This document shows, piece by piece, positions 53,488-62,820 of a stretch of DNA of 64,000 nt. Position 1 is the stretch's first letter, and every line of letters starts with the position of its first letter. Origin of the DNA: a virus (lineage: Duplodnaviria > Caudoviricetes); the IMG/VR virus record IMGVR_UViG_3300031994_000010, positions 64,001-128,000 of that record. One strand, written 5' to 3'. Below the pieces are notes generated by a model that saw only the letters and a list, made by a program, of their open reading frames with translations, was not told the DNA's origin and did no database searches. The position numbers and the translations under genes are program-made.

Positions 53488-53723
53488 ATAATTACATTCC
53501 ACTATCCTGTTACAAGGAGCGTCTTTACCTCTCACTCTTTAATTATCGACTTGCCTACAGTAACTTCTCCAACTTTTTAAAGGTTGGCGTTTCCTTCCTT
53601 ATATTCGTTTAATAATCTATTTTTTAATTGCCATTTATCTCTTAAATCAGAATCCCAATCAAACCATTCTGTCCATTGGATTCCATCTTTTGTCCAAAAT
53701 TGATAACGTTTCTGTACCATAAG

Positions 53724-54325
53724 TACCCCAAGCAGGACTCGAACCTGCGACCCATTGCTTAGCTTACCACACTATGTTACCATAGCCAAACAATTAAAGG
53801 AACTTTCGTGGAATTTGTATATTTATACTATATGTTCCTCTCACTTCATACATATTACTATGCACCTTCTTCGAGTTGTTTGTTGTAGTCTGGAATACAT
53901 TATTACCCTATCGAAATTCTTGCAAGTAATAACTTTTCCGTTAAAACGAGCTTTATCTGCCCTAGGAATCATTATAATTTCAACTTAGGTATCTCCTCTA
54001 TATTCTCTACACATTTATGATACTTACATATTGATTTTTACACGATAACTCCGAGTTAATTCTCAATTAAGTATGCACATAGGTTTGCAAGCTATCCACA
54101 TACGTTATAGTCAATAAAATATCAATAGTTTTCTCAATTTAGCACGGTATTATCCTTACACATTATTGGTTAGTGTTCTGTCCCTACGGTGCTGCTATAA
54201 CAGATTTCGTGTTGCAGGGTTGAGGAAAGGACTTCCACCGTTTTAGGGAGATTCTAACAAGGACTTTCGTGCCTTGTCACTCCTTTTTTTAAGGCAATTG
54301 CTCTAATCCACTGAGCTATTGGGGC
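53724..54325 (-). tRNA. tRNA-Arg(TCT), split by group I intron (exons 54325-54291 and 53762-53724)
   Basis: Joined exons give GCCCCAA..AGTGGATTA..ATTGC-CT-T^CT-AA-GCAAT..GGTTCGAGTCC..TTGGGGTA. Confidence 0.88.
53763..54290 (-). mobile_element. Group I intron (528 nt, no ORF)
   Basis: 5' exon ends in U, intron ends in G; P AAAACGGTGGAAGTCC, Q AATACCGTGCTAA, R GTAGAGAATATA, S AATGTATTCC; P3 GAATCTCC/GGAGATAC. Confidence 0.85.
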
Positions 54326-54334
54326 ATAAGATTA

Positions 54335-54496
54335 TCAATCCCATTCTTCTTCTATAGGTTTAGAATACTTAGGACGGTTGCTACAATGACATTTATTGTT
54401 TTGTGGATCTGATGAAACTATCATTATCTTTTTATCAGAATCTATCTTAATTACTACTGTTTCAGGCTTTACATACTTCTTTTTCTTCTTTTCCAT
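54335..54496 (-). CDS. 53-aa peptide with YxKP leader-like motif
   Basis: MEKKKKKYVKPETVVIKI...EEEWD. Confidence 0.55.
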   Translation of the reverse strand: MEKKKKKYVKPETVVIKIDSDKKIMIVSSDPQNNKCHCSNRPKYSKPIEEEWD

Positions 54497-54519
54497 ATCG
54501 TTTAGTTTTAAAGATTAAG

Positions 54520-54594
54520 TGGACCCCCTCAGGCATGATCTGAGACTCTCGCAGCTTATGAGGCTGGTGTTTTAACCAATTAAACTAGAGGTCC
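54520..54594 (-). tRNA. tRNA-Met/Ile2(CAT)
   Basis: CAGC-CT-CAT-AA-GCTG; atypical T-loop. Confidence 0.8.
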
Positions 54595-54619
54595 TTATAG
54601 GAAGCAATTACGCTTCCAA

Positions 54620-55189
54620 TTATTGTTCGTCTGGAAATGCAGGATCTGAACTTCTTGCTTCTCCAGTCTTAGTGTCTATCCAAATTTGTTCTTCAACATT
54701 ACCAAACACCCATTGAGCGTTACAATCCAGTGGTCCTATAGGCAATCTCAAACAAACATGGCGAGAATGTGGTTTAGGAAGATTAACTTGAGATATTAAT
54801 TCACAAGCTTTGGTATAAGAGATTTTTAAGTCATTATAATTCAAAGGATGATCCTCAATCCAAAAACCGTGAATAGAATCTGTAGTAACAGTTCCATCAG
54901 AGAAATGTTGAGTTTTATAAACATAAACATCACCATCATTAACAACTTGATAGATATTTACAAGTTCAGCAACTTTCATGTCTGAGTCGGAATCAAGATA
55001 ATCTTCTAACAGAATAAGACTCTCATACCAACGGAAATCTTTATCTCCATATTTAGCAGTCATAGAATCTAAATCTGCTTTAATTGTCTTATCCACTGTG
55101 GTGGTAACTTGTGGAACAGGCTCTACTTTTTTATGCTGACAAGCAGCTAGCATAAGAATTAGCGAAAATAAAAATAGAAATTTCTTCAT
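54620..55189 (-). CDS. Lipoprotein
   Basis: MKKFLFLFSLILMLAAC lipobox. Confidence 0.75.
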   Translation of the reverse strand: MKKFLFLFSLILMLAACQHKKVEPVPQVTTTVDKTIKADLDSMTAKYGDKDFRWYESLILLEDYLDSDSDMKVAELVNIYQVVNDGDVYVYKTQHFSDGTVTTDSIHGFWIEDHPLNYNDLKISYTKACELISQVNLPKPHSRHVCLRLPIGPLDCNAQWVFGNVEEQIWIDTKTGEARSSDPAFPDEQ

Positions 55190-55211
55190 TTTGATTAGTT
55201 TAAAGTTAATA

Positions 55212-55472
55212 AAGTATCACCTCTCCACAGCTGACTTTGGTAAAATCCAAGGCTGGAGAGGTGATATAGTTAAGAGTAAGAAATAACGATGTAGTCAAAG
55301 ACTATGACTAAAGCAAAGACCAGTCCATTCATCAAAGACGAAGGCCTATAAATTTTAAGCGAATGGACTGCCGGGGGTTAATAACCATGCTTTAAGATTT
55401 ATATAATGTTATTCCTTATTCTTATAAAGTTGAAGAATATTGTTACCTATGTAATCTCAGTCTTCAACACCT
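55212..55472 (-). ncRNA. Candidate structured RNA 3' of coiled-coil gene
   Basis: Stems GTTGAAGA/TCTTCAAC, CAGTCCATTC/GAATGGACTG, TAGTCA/TGACTA, TATCACCTCTCCA/TGGAGAGGTGATA; three GTCTTTG repeats. Confidence 0.5.
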
Positions 55473-55476
55473 AAAA

Positions 55477-56355
55477 TTAATTATTGTTACCTAAAGAGTT
55501 TAGGTGTTCGTACAGAGGTTGGAATTTTTCAGGAATCACAATCTTTAATGCAGAAATCCGCTGATTTTCTTGAGTTTTATATATTTTAAATTGTGTTGTG
55601 ATATTATCAAGTTCTGTAGTGTACTTATTAAAAGCATCCTCATAAGCTTGTTGTAACTGAATATTTCTTTTATTAACCTCTTCCTTAAGTTTAAATTTAA
55701 TTGAATTTAGTTGCTTTTCATACTCCCTATGGAGTTTTTGCAAATCAGTAAATACCTTTTCAACCTCGCTAGGTTGAACTGAACACGTAGAAGTATAGAT
55801 AATTAAATCCCTCCCACTGCCAACAACTTGAGTTGGATTAGCCAAATCCTCATACATCTTCTTTCTAGAACTAGATAGATTAGATGTAGACTGAGGATGA
55901 ATAACCTGTCCTATTGTAGAAGCCAATGCTTCTAGTCTCAAATAGTTTTGACGTTCTTTTATATTAAGGAAACCCAATACATCCTCTTCAGTAATTTCTT
56001 CAGGTCGAACAGGTCTTTTCGGATAAGTAATGCCTTTAAGCTCACAAAACTCATCAATGGACAAATTACTGTTTTTGACGAGAAGAGCCTCTTTATCAGC
56101 AATAGCTTCTCTTAACCATGCACAGAACGCATTTAATTCTCCTATACGAATTACAGATTCACGTATAAAGTCCAGATTAGATAATCCAACTTTAAAACGT
56201 TTCTTTTCCCCATTAATAAGTTCTACATCTACATTAGTTAATTGTAGATTCTTAAGCTTTTGGGTATCAGCTTCCCGTTGTTCCTTAGCTAAGTTTGCTA
56301 GGAAATTGGCCGAAGTACTAGTTATTCCTTGGCCATCAGTTAAAAATACACTCAT
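55477..56355 (-). CDS. Long coiled-coil protein
   Basis: 292 aa, heptad-rich; GITSTSANFLANLAKE N-terminus. Confidence 0.75.
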   Translation of the reverse strand: MSVFLTDGQGITSTSANFLANLAKEQREADTQKLKNLQLTNVDVELINGEKKRFKVGLSNLDFIRESVIRIGELNAFCAWLREAIADKEALLVKNSNLSIDEFCELKGITYPKRPVRPEEITEEDVLGFLNIKERQNYLRLEALASTIGQVIHPQSTSNLSSSRKKMYEDLANPTQVVGSGRDLIIYTSTCSVQPSEVEKVFTDLQKLHREYEKQLNSIKFKLKEEVNKRNIQLQQAYEDAFNKYTTELDNITTQFKIYKTQENQRISALKIVIPEKFQPLYEHLNSLGNNN

Positions 56356-56825
56356 AAAATTAAATTAATTAACACTATATTCTAATAAAAAAGCTGTTAT
56401 CATAAACCAACTACTAAGAATGGTTAAGATAATAATTATACTAACTAATATCTTTTTTAACATAATAGCGAGCTTTTATTGTATCTAACAGAGAATCTTT
56501 ACTAATTTGAAAACGTCTACAAATATCAGCTAAAGAACATTCTATGTTCTTATAAAGATCTTCGTTCATATGGAATAAACATATTATCTTTACTACTGCA
56601 AGTAAAACGTTTTACCAACTTGTCTGTTTTAGGGTAGTTACGCACATATCGTGCGCACTTTTCACGCTTAACACATGAATGATTGTTACATAAAGTGTTC
56701 ATCTTAAAATAATACTAGCTAAAATACTTACTAATAGAAAATACGTAGCAATAAACCAGGGGACAAGTGCTTTTACAACACTTTTTACAATTTCTTTTTG
56801 CATAATTAATTAATTTTTAAGTTAG

Positions 56826-56898
56826 TCGAGGTGACCCGACTCGGACGGGCGACCACAGCATCCCAAATGCCGCATTCTACCAACTGAACTACACCTCG
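56826..56898 (-). tRNA. tRNA-Pro(TGG)
   Basis: CGGCA-TT-TGG-GA-TGCTG. Confidence 0.88.
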
Positions 56899-56903
56899 TG
56901 TTG

Positions 56904-56975
56904 AGCGTTGTAAGAGATTCGAACTCTCTCCTTGGCCTTGGAAGGGCTATATGCTACCATTAACACCAACAACGC
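56904..56975 (-). tRNA. tRNA-Gly(TCC)
   Basis: AGCC-CT-TCC-AA-GGC; U discriminator. Confidence 0.87.
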
Positions 56976-57076
56976 AAAAAATACTGGCTTCGAGCGGTTT
57001 TATCTCTACTTTATATTACTCACATATTCCTAAAAGGCCCAGTTATTGTAATATCCCGGTATCAAGCTTCAGTATT

Positions 57077-57150
57077 TGGTTCGGGGACCTAGAATCGAAC
57101 TAGGAGCAATAGCTTATGAGACTATTATGTTACCCTTACACTATCCCCGT
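57077..57150 (-). tRNA. tRNA-Met(CAT), unpaired 1-72, encoded CCA
   Basis: ATAGT-CT-CAT-AA-GCTAT. Confidence 0.83.
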
Positions 57151-57151
57151 G

Positions 57152-57223
57152 TCACGCCGCCCAGAATCGAACTGGGATTCCAACATAGAAAGTGTTGTGT
57201 CCTAACCATTAGACGACGGCGCG
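57152..57223 (-). tRNA. tRNA-Glu(TTC)
   Basis: Glu-type D arm GTCTAATGGTTAGGAC; CAACA-CT-TTC-TA-TGTTG. Confidence 0.85.
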
Positions 57224-57369
57224 GTAAAAGATGGTCACTCTGTAATAACCATCTTTCTTTTTCAATTAGTTTTCTTCAGGATTGTCAGGAAAACTAATAA
57301 AAGACTTCTACTCACTTCCACCAGTAGAAGGTGGGCATATCGCTGACCTAGATATGCTAAGGACAGAAG

Positions 57370-57442
57370 TGGAGCTATCGAGACTCGAACTCGAAAAAAT
57401 AGCTTGCAAAGCTACTATGATATCCAATTTCATCATAACCCC
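57370..57442 (-). tRNA. tRNA-Ala(TGC)
   Basis: G3:U70; TAGC-TT-TGC-AA-GCTA. Confidence 0.88.
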
Positions 57443-57704
57443 AGTTTGCTAGGACTTCCTCTACCTAGCTTTGCAGATTTATATTAATAATATGACTTGC
57501 TTCAGTTTCTCTTTTCTTAGATACTCAAGGTACCACACAAGTCTTTTTACTAGAAATGTTTTAGAACTTCGGCTGCGGAAACTAACAGGAGTTCTTGCGG
57601 CTAGCGATATTAATAAAGGTTTACCTATACTAAAGCAATAGGTTGCTTCTGTGCCTATTCACAGCTCACAGGTTCTGCTTAACCTTACCCGAAAAGGATT
57701 ATAG

Positions 57705-57775
57705 ACAGCCATACTGGAGTCGAACCAGTTTAAGTGATTTTGCAGACCACTACATAGCCGTTCTGACAATGGCTG
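57705..57775 (-). tRNA. tRNA-Cys(GCA)
   Basis: GTGGT-CT-GCA-AA-ATCAC. Confidence 0.85.
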
Positions 57776-57777
57776 TG

Positions 57778-57849
57778 TACGCCTACTAGGTGCCGCCCCT
57801 AGGACCCCAATCTTAAAAGGATTGTGCTCTACTGCTGAGCTATAGGCGT
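57778..57849 (-). tRNA. tRNA-Lys(TTT)
   Basis: CAATC-CT-TTT-AA-GATTG; T-loop GGCGGCA. Confidence 0.83.
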
Positions 57850-57858
57850 GAAAGATGT

Positions 57859-58866
57859 TTAATGAACATCTATAATAACAATTCTCTGAGATTCATCAGA
57901 GACAGCTCCATATCCTCTTAAAGAGTTAACTTTAACTCCACGCATTCTAAGATACATAGCTGTGTTAATAGCACGTCTTTCAGATAAGTCATTATTGAAC
58001 TCTGGACTTCCTTCTGGAGAAGCAAATCCATAAACATCAACATTGACCTCTGACGGAATGTTGTTTAGAATATTCTTAGCATCATTAGTAAGAACATCGC
58101 TTCCCTTAGCAAATGTTATAACATAAGGATTTATAATAGGAGTATTAACATACTCAGTAATAACTCTAGCAGGTTTGTTTGCTTCTGCTCTAAGTTTATT
58201 AATCCTATCATTATAATCGCCTATATTATGCATTATAAAGTTCTTATGACTAACTCCAAAGTGATAAACATAAGAGATGTTTATACCAAGATATGCATGT
58301 GTCCTATTAAAATGAACTGCATCTCCTTTATTAGTAAGATTCCAATAAACTGCTGGACTTATAACAAATGAATGTGTTCTATCCCAAGAGTTAAATTGAA
58401 AATCTAAACCAGTCTTAGAAGTTAGTTCATCATTATCACCATGTCCTATTCCCCAGATATGAGCCCAACCAATACCAGTATTAGTTTTTAATTCAAAAGG
58501 TCTAACGTCATATCCACAAATAGCATTAGTTAAATTAATAGTACCACTAACAGTAGTATTGATACCTTTAAAAGCGGTCTTACTTCCAAGAGTATTAATA
58601 TAGCCATCGTGATGTCCACTAATATGGTCATTTAATGATACTATACTTTCTATTTCAACACCATAAACAGGAGTAATTTCTTTACCCGCCTTTAAACCAA
58701 CTACCTCATTAACAGGAAACATTTGATTGAAACTAAGTGGAGTATTAACACCACCAGTAATTCCAATGTACATATTGTCAAAGAACTTTGTATTCTCAGT
58801 TGCTACCTGAGCTGACAGGGACAATGTTAGCAACATTCCACATAAAAAACAAAGAAGTTTTTTCAT
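57859..58866 (-). CDS. OmpA-family outer-membrane protein
   Basis: Signal peptide, beta-barrel-like N-half, C-terminal GFASPEG...N..LSERRA peptidoglycan-binding motif. Confidence 0.85.
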   Translation of the reverse strand: MKKLLCFLCGMLLTLSLSAQVATENTKFFDNMYIGITGGVNTPLSFNQMFPVNEVVGLKAGKEITPVYGVEIESIVSLNDHISGHHDGYINTLGSKTAFKGINTTVSGTINLTNAICGYDVRPFELKTNTGIGWAHIWGIGHGDNDELTSKTGLDFQFNSWDRTHSFVISPAVYWNLTNKGDAVHFNRTHAYLGINISYVYHFGVSHKNFIMHNIGDYNDRINKLRAEANKPARVITEYVNTPIINPYVITFAKGSDVLTNDAKNILNNIPSEVNVDVYGFASPEGSPEFNNDLSERRAINTAMYLRMRGVKVNSLRGYGAVSDESQRIVIIDVH

Positions 58867-58889
58867 TTTAAGATTTTTTAAATTTAACA

Positions 58890-59117
58890 TTATTTTCGCA
58901 TAAATTTCTTATCTAATTTATTGTTCCAATCGGCCAATCCATCGGAACTAAAACTCCAAGTGTTAGAACACTCCTTTAATCTGTGCAAGGGTTCTTTACC
59001 TATCTTAATAAATATTCGAGAGAGCCTACGAAACAATCTATTAGCTAACCTTTTATCCTTTTTATTGGATTTACAGGTCCATGTAATACATGGGTGCTTT
59101 TTGTAACTTCTACTCAT
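58890..59117 (-). CDS. Small basic hypothetical protein (MSRSYKKHP...)
   Basis: Start moved to ATG 59117 because upstream part of ORF overlaps tRNA-Gln. Confidence 0.65.
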   Translation of the reverse strand: MSRSYKKHPCITWTCKSNKKDKRLANRLFRRLSRIFIKIGKEPLHRLKECSNTWSFSSDGLADWNNKLDKKFMRK

Positions 59118-59132
59118 AATATTAAGGGTTAG

Positions 59133-59205
59133 TTGGGATGGGCAGAGTCGGACTGCCATTACCAGAGTCAAAGTCTGGTGTAATAAACCGTTATACCACA
59201 TCCCA
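59133..59205 (-). tRNA. tRNA-Gln(TTG)
   Basis: U1-A72; CCAGA-CT-TTG-AC-TCTGG. Confidence 0.87.
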
Positions 59206-59318
59206 AAATGCCACTTTTTGTAAGGAAAGTAGCTAAACCTAGTTCTGTTCTTTAACTCCCGAACTAAGGAGCACAATATTAATAACTAAAAATCAAACAT
59301 CCAAATTTTTAACAGAAA

Positions 59319-60023
59319 TTAACTATCATAATACTCTTTAATAACTTCCATAAGTAATTCTTGAATATCCTCTGGAAAATTATCAATAAAGTACTTCTTA
59401 TCTTTAGTTGTCAACATTTCTCTTAATTCAGAGTCAGTTGTTAACTTCTGAATTAAATCAGCTGCTTCTTCACAATCATTTTTAAGAATCTTGTTTTCTT
59501 CTTCAAGATCGGAGATGGTCTGTTTATATTCAGAAGCTTTAGAACGAGCTATTTTTAAATCAGCTAAATATGAATCTGTTTTATTATGTTCTTTTAATTC
59601 AGTTATTGTAGATAACAAAGAAGTTTTTTCTGAGTTTACTTTATTTAAAGTATCTTGTAAAGAGTCAACTAATTGTTTTAAGTGCACTAATTGTGATTTA
59701 GCTTTATCTAATTGAGTTTGCATATTCAATTCGGGCTCACAATCCTCAATATAATACTTATGAATTAGTAAATCTCCAACCTTCTGATAGGAAGCATAAT
59801 AATAAAGATGTCTATTAATCTCTACACAAAACCCCTTATCATAGTCCAGCGAAAATACTTTAATACAAGATCCTCCTCGACTTTTACTAGGAGTATGATT
59901 AGCTATTCTAGCTAACAAATATTTATCTTTGAATAAATAAACTGATCCAGTAGCTGCTTCTTGAATTTCATAATTAACTTTCTGTTGGACATATTTAATT
60001 AGTTTGTGAACTTTCTCGTCCAT
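59319..60023 (-). CDS. Hypothetical protein with coiled coil
   Basis: ORF track. Confidence 0.65.
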   Translation of the reverse strand: MDEKVHKLIKYVQQKVNYEIQEAATGSVYLFKDKYLLARIANHTPSKSRGGSCIKVFSLDYDKGFCVEINRHLYYYASYQKVGDLLIHKYYIEDCEPELNMQTQLDKAKSQLVHLKQLVDSLQDTLNKVNSEKTSLLSTITELKEHNKTDSYLADLKIARSKASEYKQTISDLEEENKILKNDCEEAADLIQKLTTDSELREMLTTKDKKYFIDNFPEDIQELLMEVIKEYYDS

Positions 60024-60700
60024 CCGATTCTAATTTGTTAGCAGTTTCTTTGATTTTTGCCATAGCTTTAGAATAGAAACTAATATTCCTAAGGAGTCTG
60101 CTTATAGGTTTACTCCCTGCATGTTTACCGTCAAGATGCAACCTCTGAGTTTGACAAATAATCATTTCATGTCTTTTATCTACTGGCTTATGATTCTGTT
60201 CGGGGTCTAAATAATTACCCCAAGGAGATGTTTTTGTCCACATAGCTTACTTCTTCTTTTTAGTTGTAAACATTATTGCCCAATTACAGTAGTGTTCGAG
60301 ATAATCTAATTTTCCGCACATATGAATTGATAGCGGAGTTCCTACTGGGATACGAACTACCTGATGTAGATAGTCAATATCTGCTTGCCACTGAGTTTTT
60401 AACTGAGCAAGCACACTTCTTTCATCATGTTTTTTCATTTTACAAAAGTGTTTTACATTTTACCAATTAATTTTGTTTTAAGATTTTTGATTTCACTAAG
60501 AAATCTAGAGCATTCTTCATCATAGGTACGACCCTTATGATGAATTTTTCTACCATTTCTAGTAGATTCCCAAGGAGCCTTATCTTTATTGGCTGCTTTA
60601 AACTGTTCGTAACTTTTCTCCAATCTTGCCAGAGCAGCTCTCTGACGAATAATCTTCTTCGTATTCATTACTTAATTAATTAAAAAAATTAAACAAATAG

Positions 60701-60783
60701 TGCACCTAGTGAGACTCGAACTCACACTCCCGAAGGAACTAGCTCCTAAGGCTAGCGCGTGCTACCAATTTCGCCATAGGTGC
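60701..60783 (-). tRNA. tRNA-Leu(TAG)
   Basis: Long variable arm; CTAGC-CT-TAG-GA-GCTAG. Confidence 0.9.
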
Positions 60784-60793
60784 TCCTAATTTT

Positions 60794-61090
60794 TTATGAG
60801 TGACTAAGACCATACCCAAGTTCAAAGAAATGTTTGGCAATATCTTCATTACTTGGAATAAATTGATAATCAATACCTTTACTTCTTGTGATTATTGGTT
60901 GGTTATTAAAATAATCTTTAATTTCTTTCTCTAAGTCCACCTCTTTTACTTCAAGGGTGTCGATGAAAGAAAGAATCTCTTTGCATTCCTTTTCTGCATA
61001 AGGTGCTGGTGCGAGCGCACGTTTAGACCCCCAAAATTCTTTCCTTCTCTCTATCTCCGCCACTACATCCGCTTTGTCAATCAATTCCAT
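60794..61090 (-). CDS. Hypothetical phage protein (EVKEVDLEKE family)
   Basis: ORF track. Confidence 0.65.
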   Translation of the reverse strand: MELIDKADVVAEIERRKEFWGSKRALAPAPYAEKECKEILSFIDTLEVKEVDLEKEIKDYFNNQPIITRSKGIDYQFIPSNEDIAKHFFELGYGLSHS

Positions 61091-61338
61091 AATCGTTATA
61101 ATTTAAGTCATCATTTGTTATATCCATATCACATTTAAAAACCAACTCATAGTCTTGGTATCTCCAAACAAATTCCTCCCATGCCGCCTTTGCTTCATCT
61201 TTCCATGATTGGGGTACAGCGAGTTCACATAACGCCCTTTCCGCTTCATAATGCCTTTCGCAAGCATTAAGTAATTTTTCTTGAACTTTCTGCTTTATAG
61301 CGTCTTTGTCTATGTACTGTTTCATAACTTATTCTCCT

Positions 61339-62820
61339 TTATCCTCCTATTCTTTGTTTAATAGATTTGAGCCAATCTGATGTTACGGTATGGCCTGAGT
61401 TTTCGCATAGATTATAAGCCGCTTTATATTGTAATTCATCCCATTTACTCCATTCTTGTTTTGGTTGAACACGAACTTTGTTTTTAAGTGAATAAATCCA
61501 ATCAATATCGGATTCAACACTGCTTCTATATTGCTCTACTTTAGCATTCTTAGCTTCCATTAACAATATATTCAATATATTTGACATGTGATTTTTATCA
61601 TCTTCAGTCCAATCTTTTTGTATTTCGCTAATAGCATCTGCTTTTCCCCTTTCATATTCTGCATTAAAGAAATCAGATAATATAGGACGGTTCTCAATCT
61701 TCTTCAACTCTTTTTTCTCGGAATCCCATTCATAGCCATCTTCTTTCATCTTTTGAAACAATAAATCGCGTTGTTCTTTGGTTGCTGGATGAACATTTGT
61801 ACGATGTCCACACTCACCCCCATAAAATATACCACTAAAACCAATAAAACAATATGAATTAAAGTAGTCTAAACCACGCTCTTTGTAAATAGCAACAAAT
61901 GGATACTGATAATCATCAATAGGTTCTATTGCAAGTATATCACCAGGCTTTGCATCATTGATAGTCCAAAGATGATAGTCATTTTCTAAGTCATTGAAAT
62001 AAAAAGTATTAAAATCTTCACCATCAAGAACATAAGACTTATTTGTCATGTTGACAATTTGTCTTATAACTTTTCTACCATCTGACATATCATGTACTAC
62101 CCAATTACCAACATTAAATTTTGGCTCAACCTTATCAGCAGGCTTATGTTCAACAGGCTTACAAAAATGAGGGTCTATACTATTGTAGTCTTGTATAGGG
62201 GTTTGTTCATCTTGCTTTTTAGCGGGCTTATAAGTTCCGTCATTTTGAACTACATTTAGCCAAAAACTAAGACTTCCTATAAGTTCTTCTTTAGGAAGAC
62301 TGTCAAACTTTCCAATAAGGGCTTGCAATCTTGTATCAAACTCGGTTGGATTTATTTCCACAGGTTTACCTTGCTTTTCAAGTTCAGCGTATTTATCGAG
62401 AATTTCTTGTTTGCCCTCACGATAACCTCTCCAGTACTCTTTATTTGCATTATCTACGTTAGAGTTTTGTTTTTCAAGCCAAGCAAGCGCCTTTTGAACC
62501 ATCGGTACATTTATGTCATTTTGCTTCATTGTTCTAATGAGATACTGCCTAACCTCTTCATCTTCTTTATTGATGTTTTTGGTTAGTTTTTGCTTTTCAA
62601 GCCAATCAATATAGCGTTCTTCATTAGGAATATTAACTTTGACAAATTTAATTAGTTCTTTCCTTATCTTCTCATCCTCACTCTCTTTGAGTTCGGGGAA
62701 GATTTCTTCAAAGTCCTTTTCGTAGGTGATTATTGTCCACCCATTTTCCTTGCCTTTTTCGATTAGTTCTCTAATCTTTTGCAATGCTTCTTTGTATTTC
62801 TTTTCGTAGTCCATAATCAC
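61339..62820 (-). CDS. Mosaic repetitive phage protein
   Basis: Repeated WLEKQ / WS.ED modules. Confidence 0.7.
   Translation of the reverse strand: MIMDYEKKYKEALQKIRELIEKGKENGWTIITYEKDFEEIFPELKESEDEKIRKELIKFVKVNIPNEERYIDWLEKQKLTKNINKEDEEVRQYLIRTMKQNDINVPMVQKALAWLEKQNSNVDNANKEYWRGYREGKQEILDKYAELEKQGKPVEINPTEFDTRLQALIGKFDSLPKEELIGSLSFWLNVVQNDGTYKPAKKQDEQTPIQDYNSIDPHFCKPVEHKPADKVEPKFNVGNWVVHDMSDGRKVIRQIVNMTNKSYVLDGEDFNTFYFNDLENDYHLWTINDAKPGDILAIEPIDDYQYPFVAIYKERGLDYFNSYCFIGFSGIFYGGECGHRTNVHPATKEQRDLLFQKMKEDGYEWDSEKKELKKIENRPILSDFFNAEYERGKADAISEIQKDWTEDDKNHMSNILNILLMEAKNAKVEQYRSSVESDIDWIYSLKNKVRVQPKQEWSKWDELQYKAAYNLCENSGHTVTSDWLKSIKQRIGG

Noticed and set aside
53125-53988. Several short ORFs on both strands
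   Set aside because: Overlap tRNA genes and the group I intron; no homing endonuclease motifs.
53724-54325. Spliced tRNA as an amber suppressor (CUA occurs in the loop)
   Set aside because: 7-nt loop CUUCUAA places UCU at 34-36; A20 supports Arg identity.
56440-56569. Another TAG-read-through gene
   Set aside because: Read-through runs into further TAGs and overlaps a separate TM ORF; TAG may be a true stop here.
57370-57700. tmRNA (Ala-like domain plus pseudoknots)
   Set aside because: The Ala tRNA is complete with D and anticodon arms; no tag reading frame identified.
60701-60783. tRNA with 'TAG' anticodon as suppressor
   Set aside because: Anticodon UAG reads CUA (Leu); long variable arm fits Leu.
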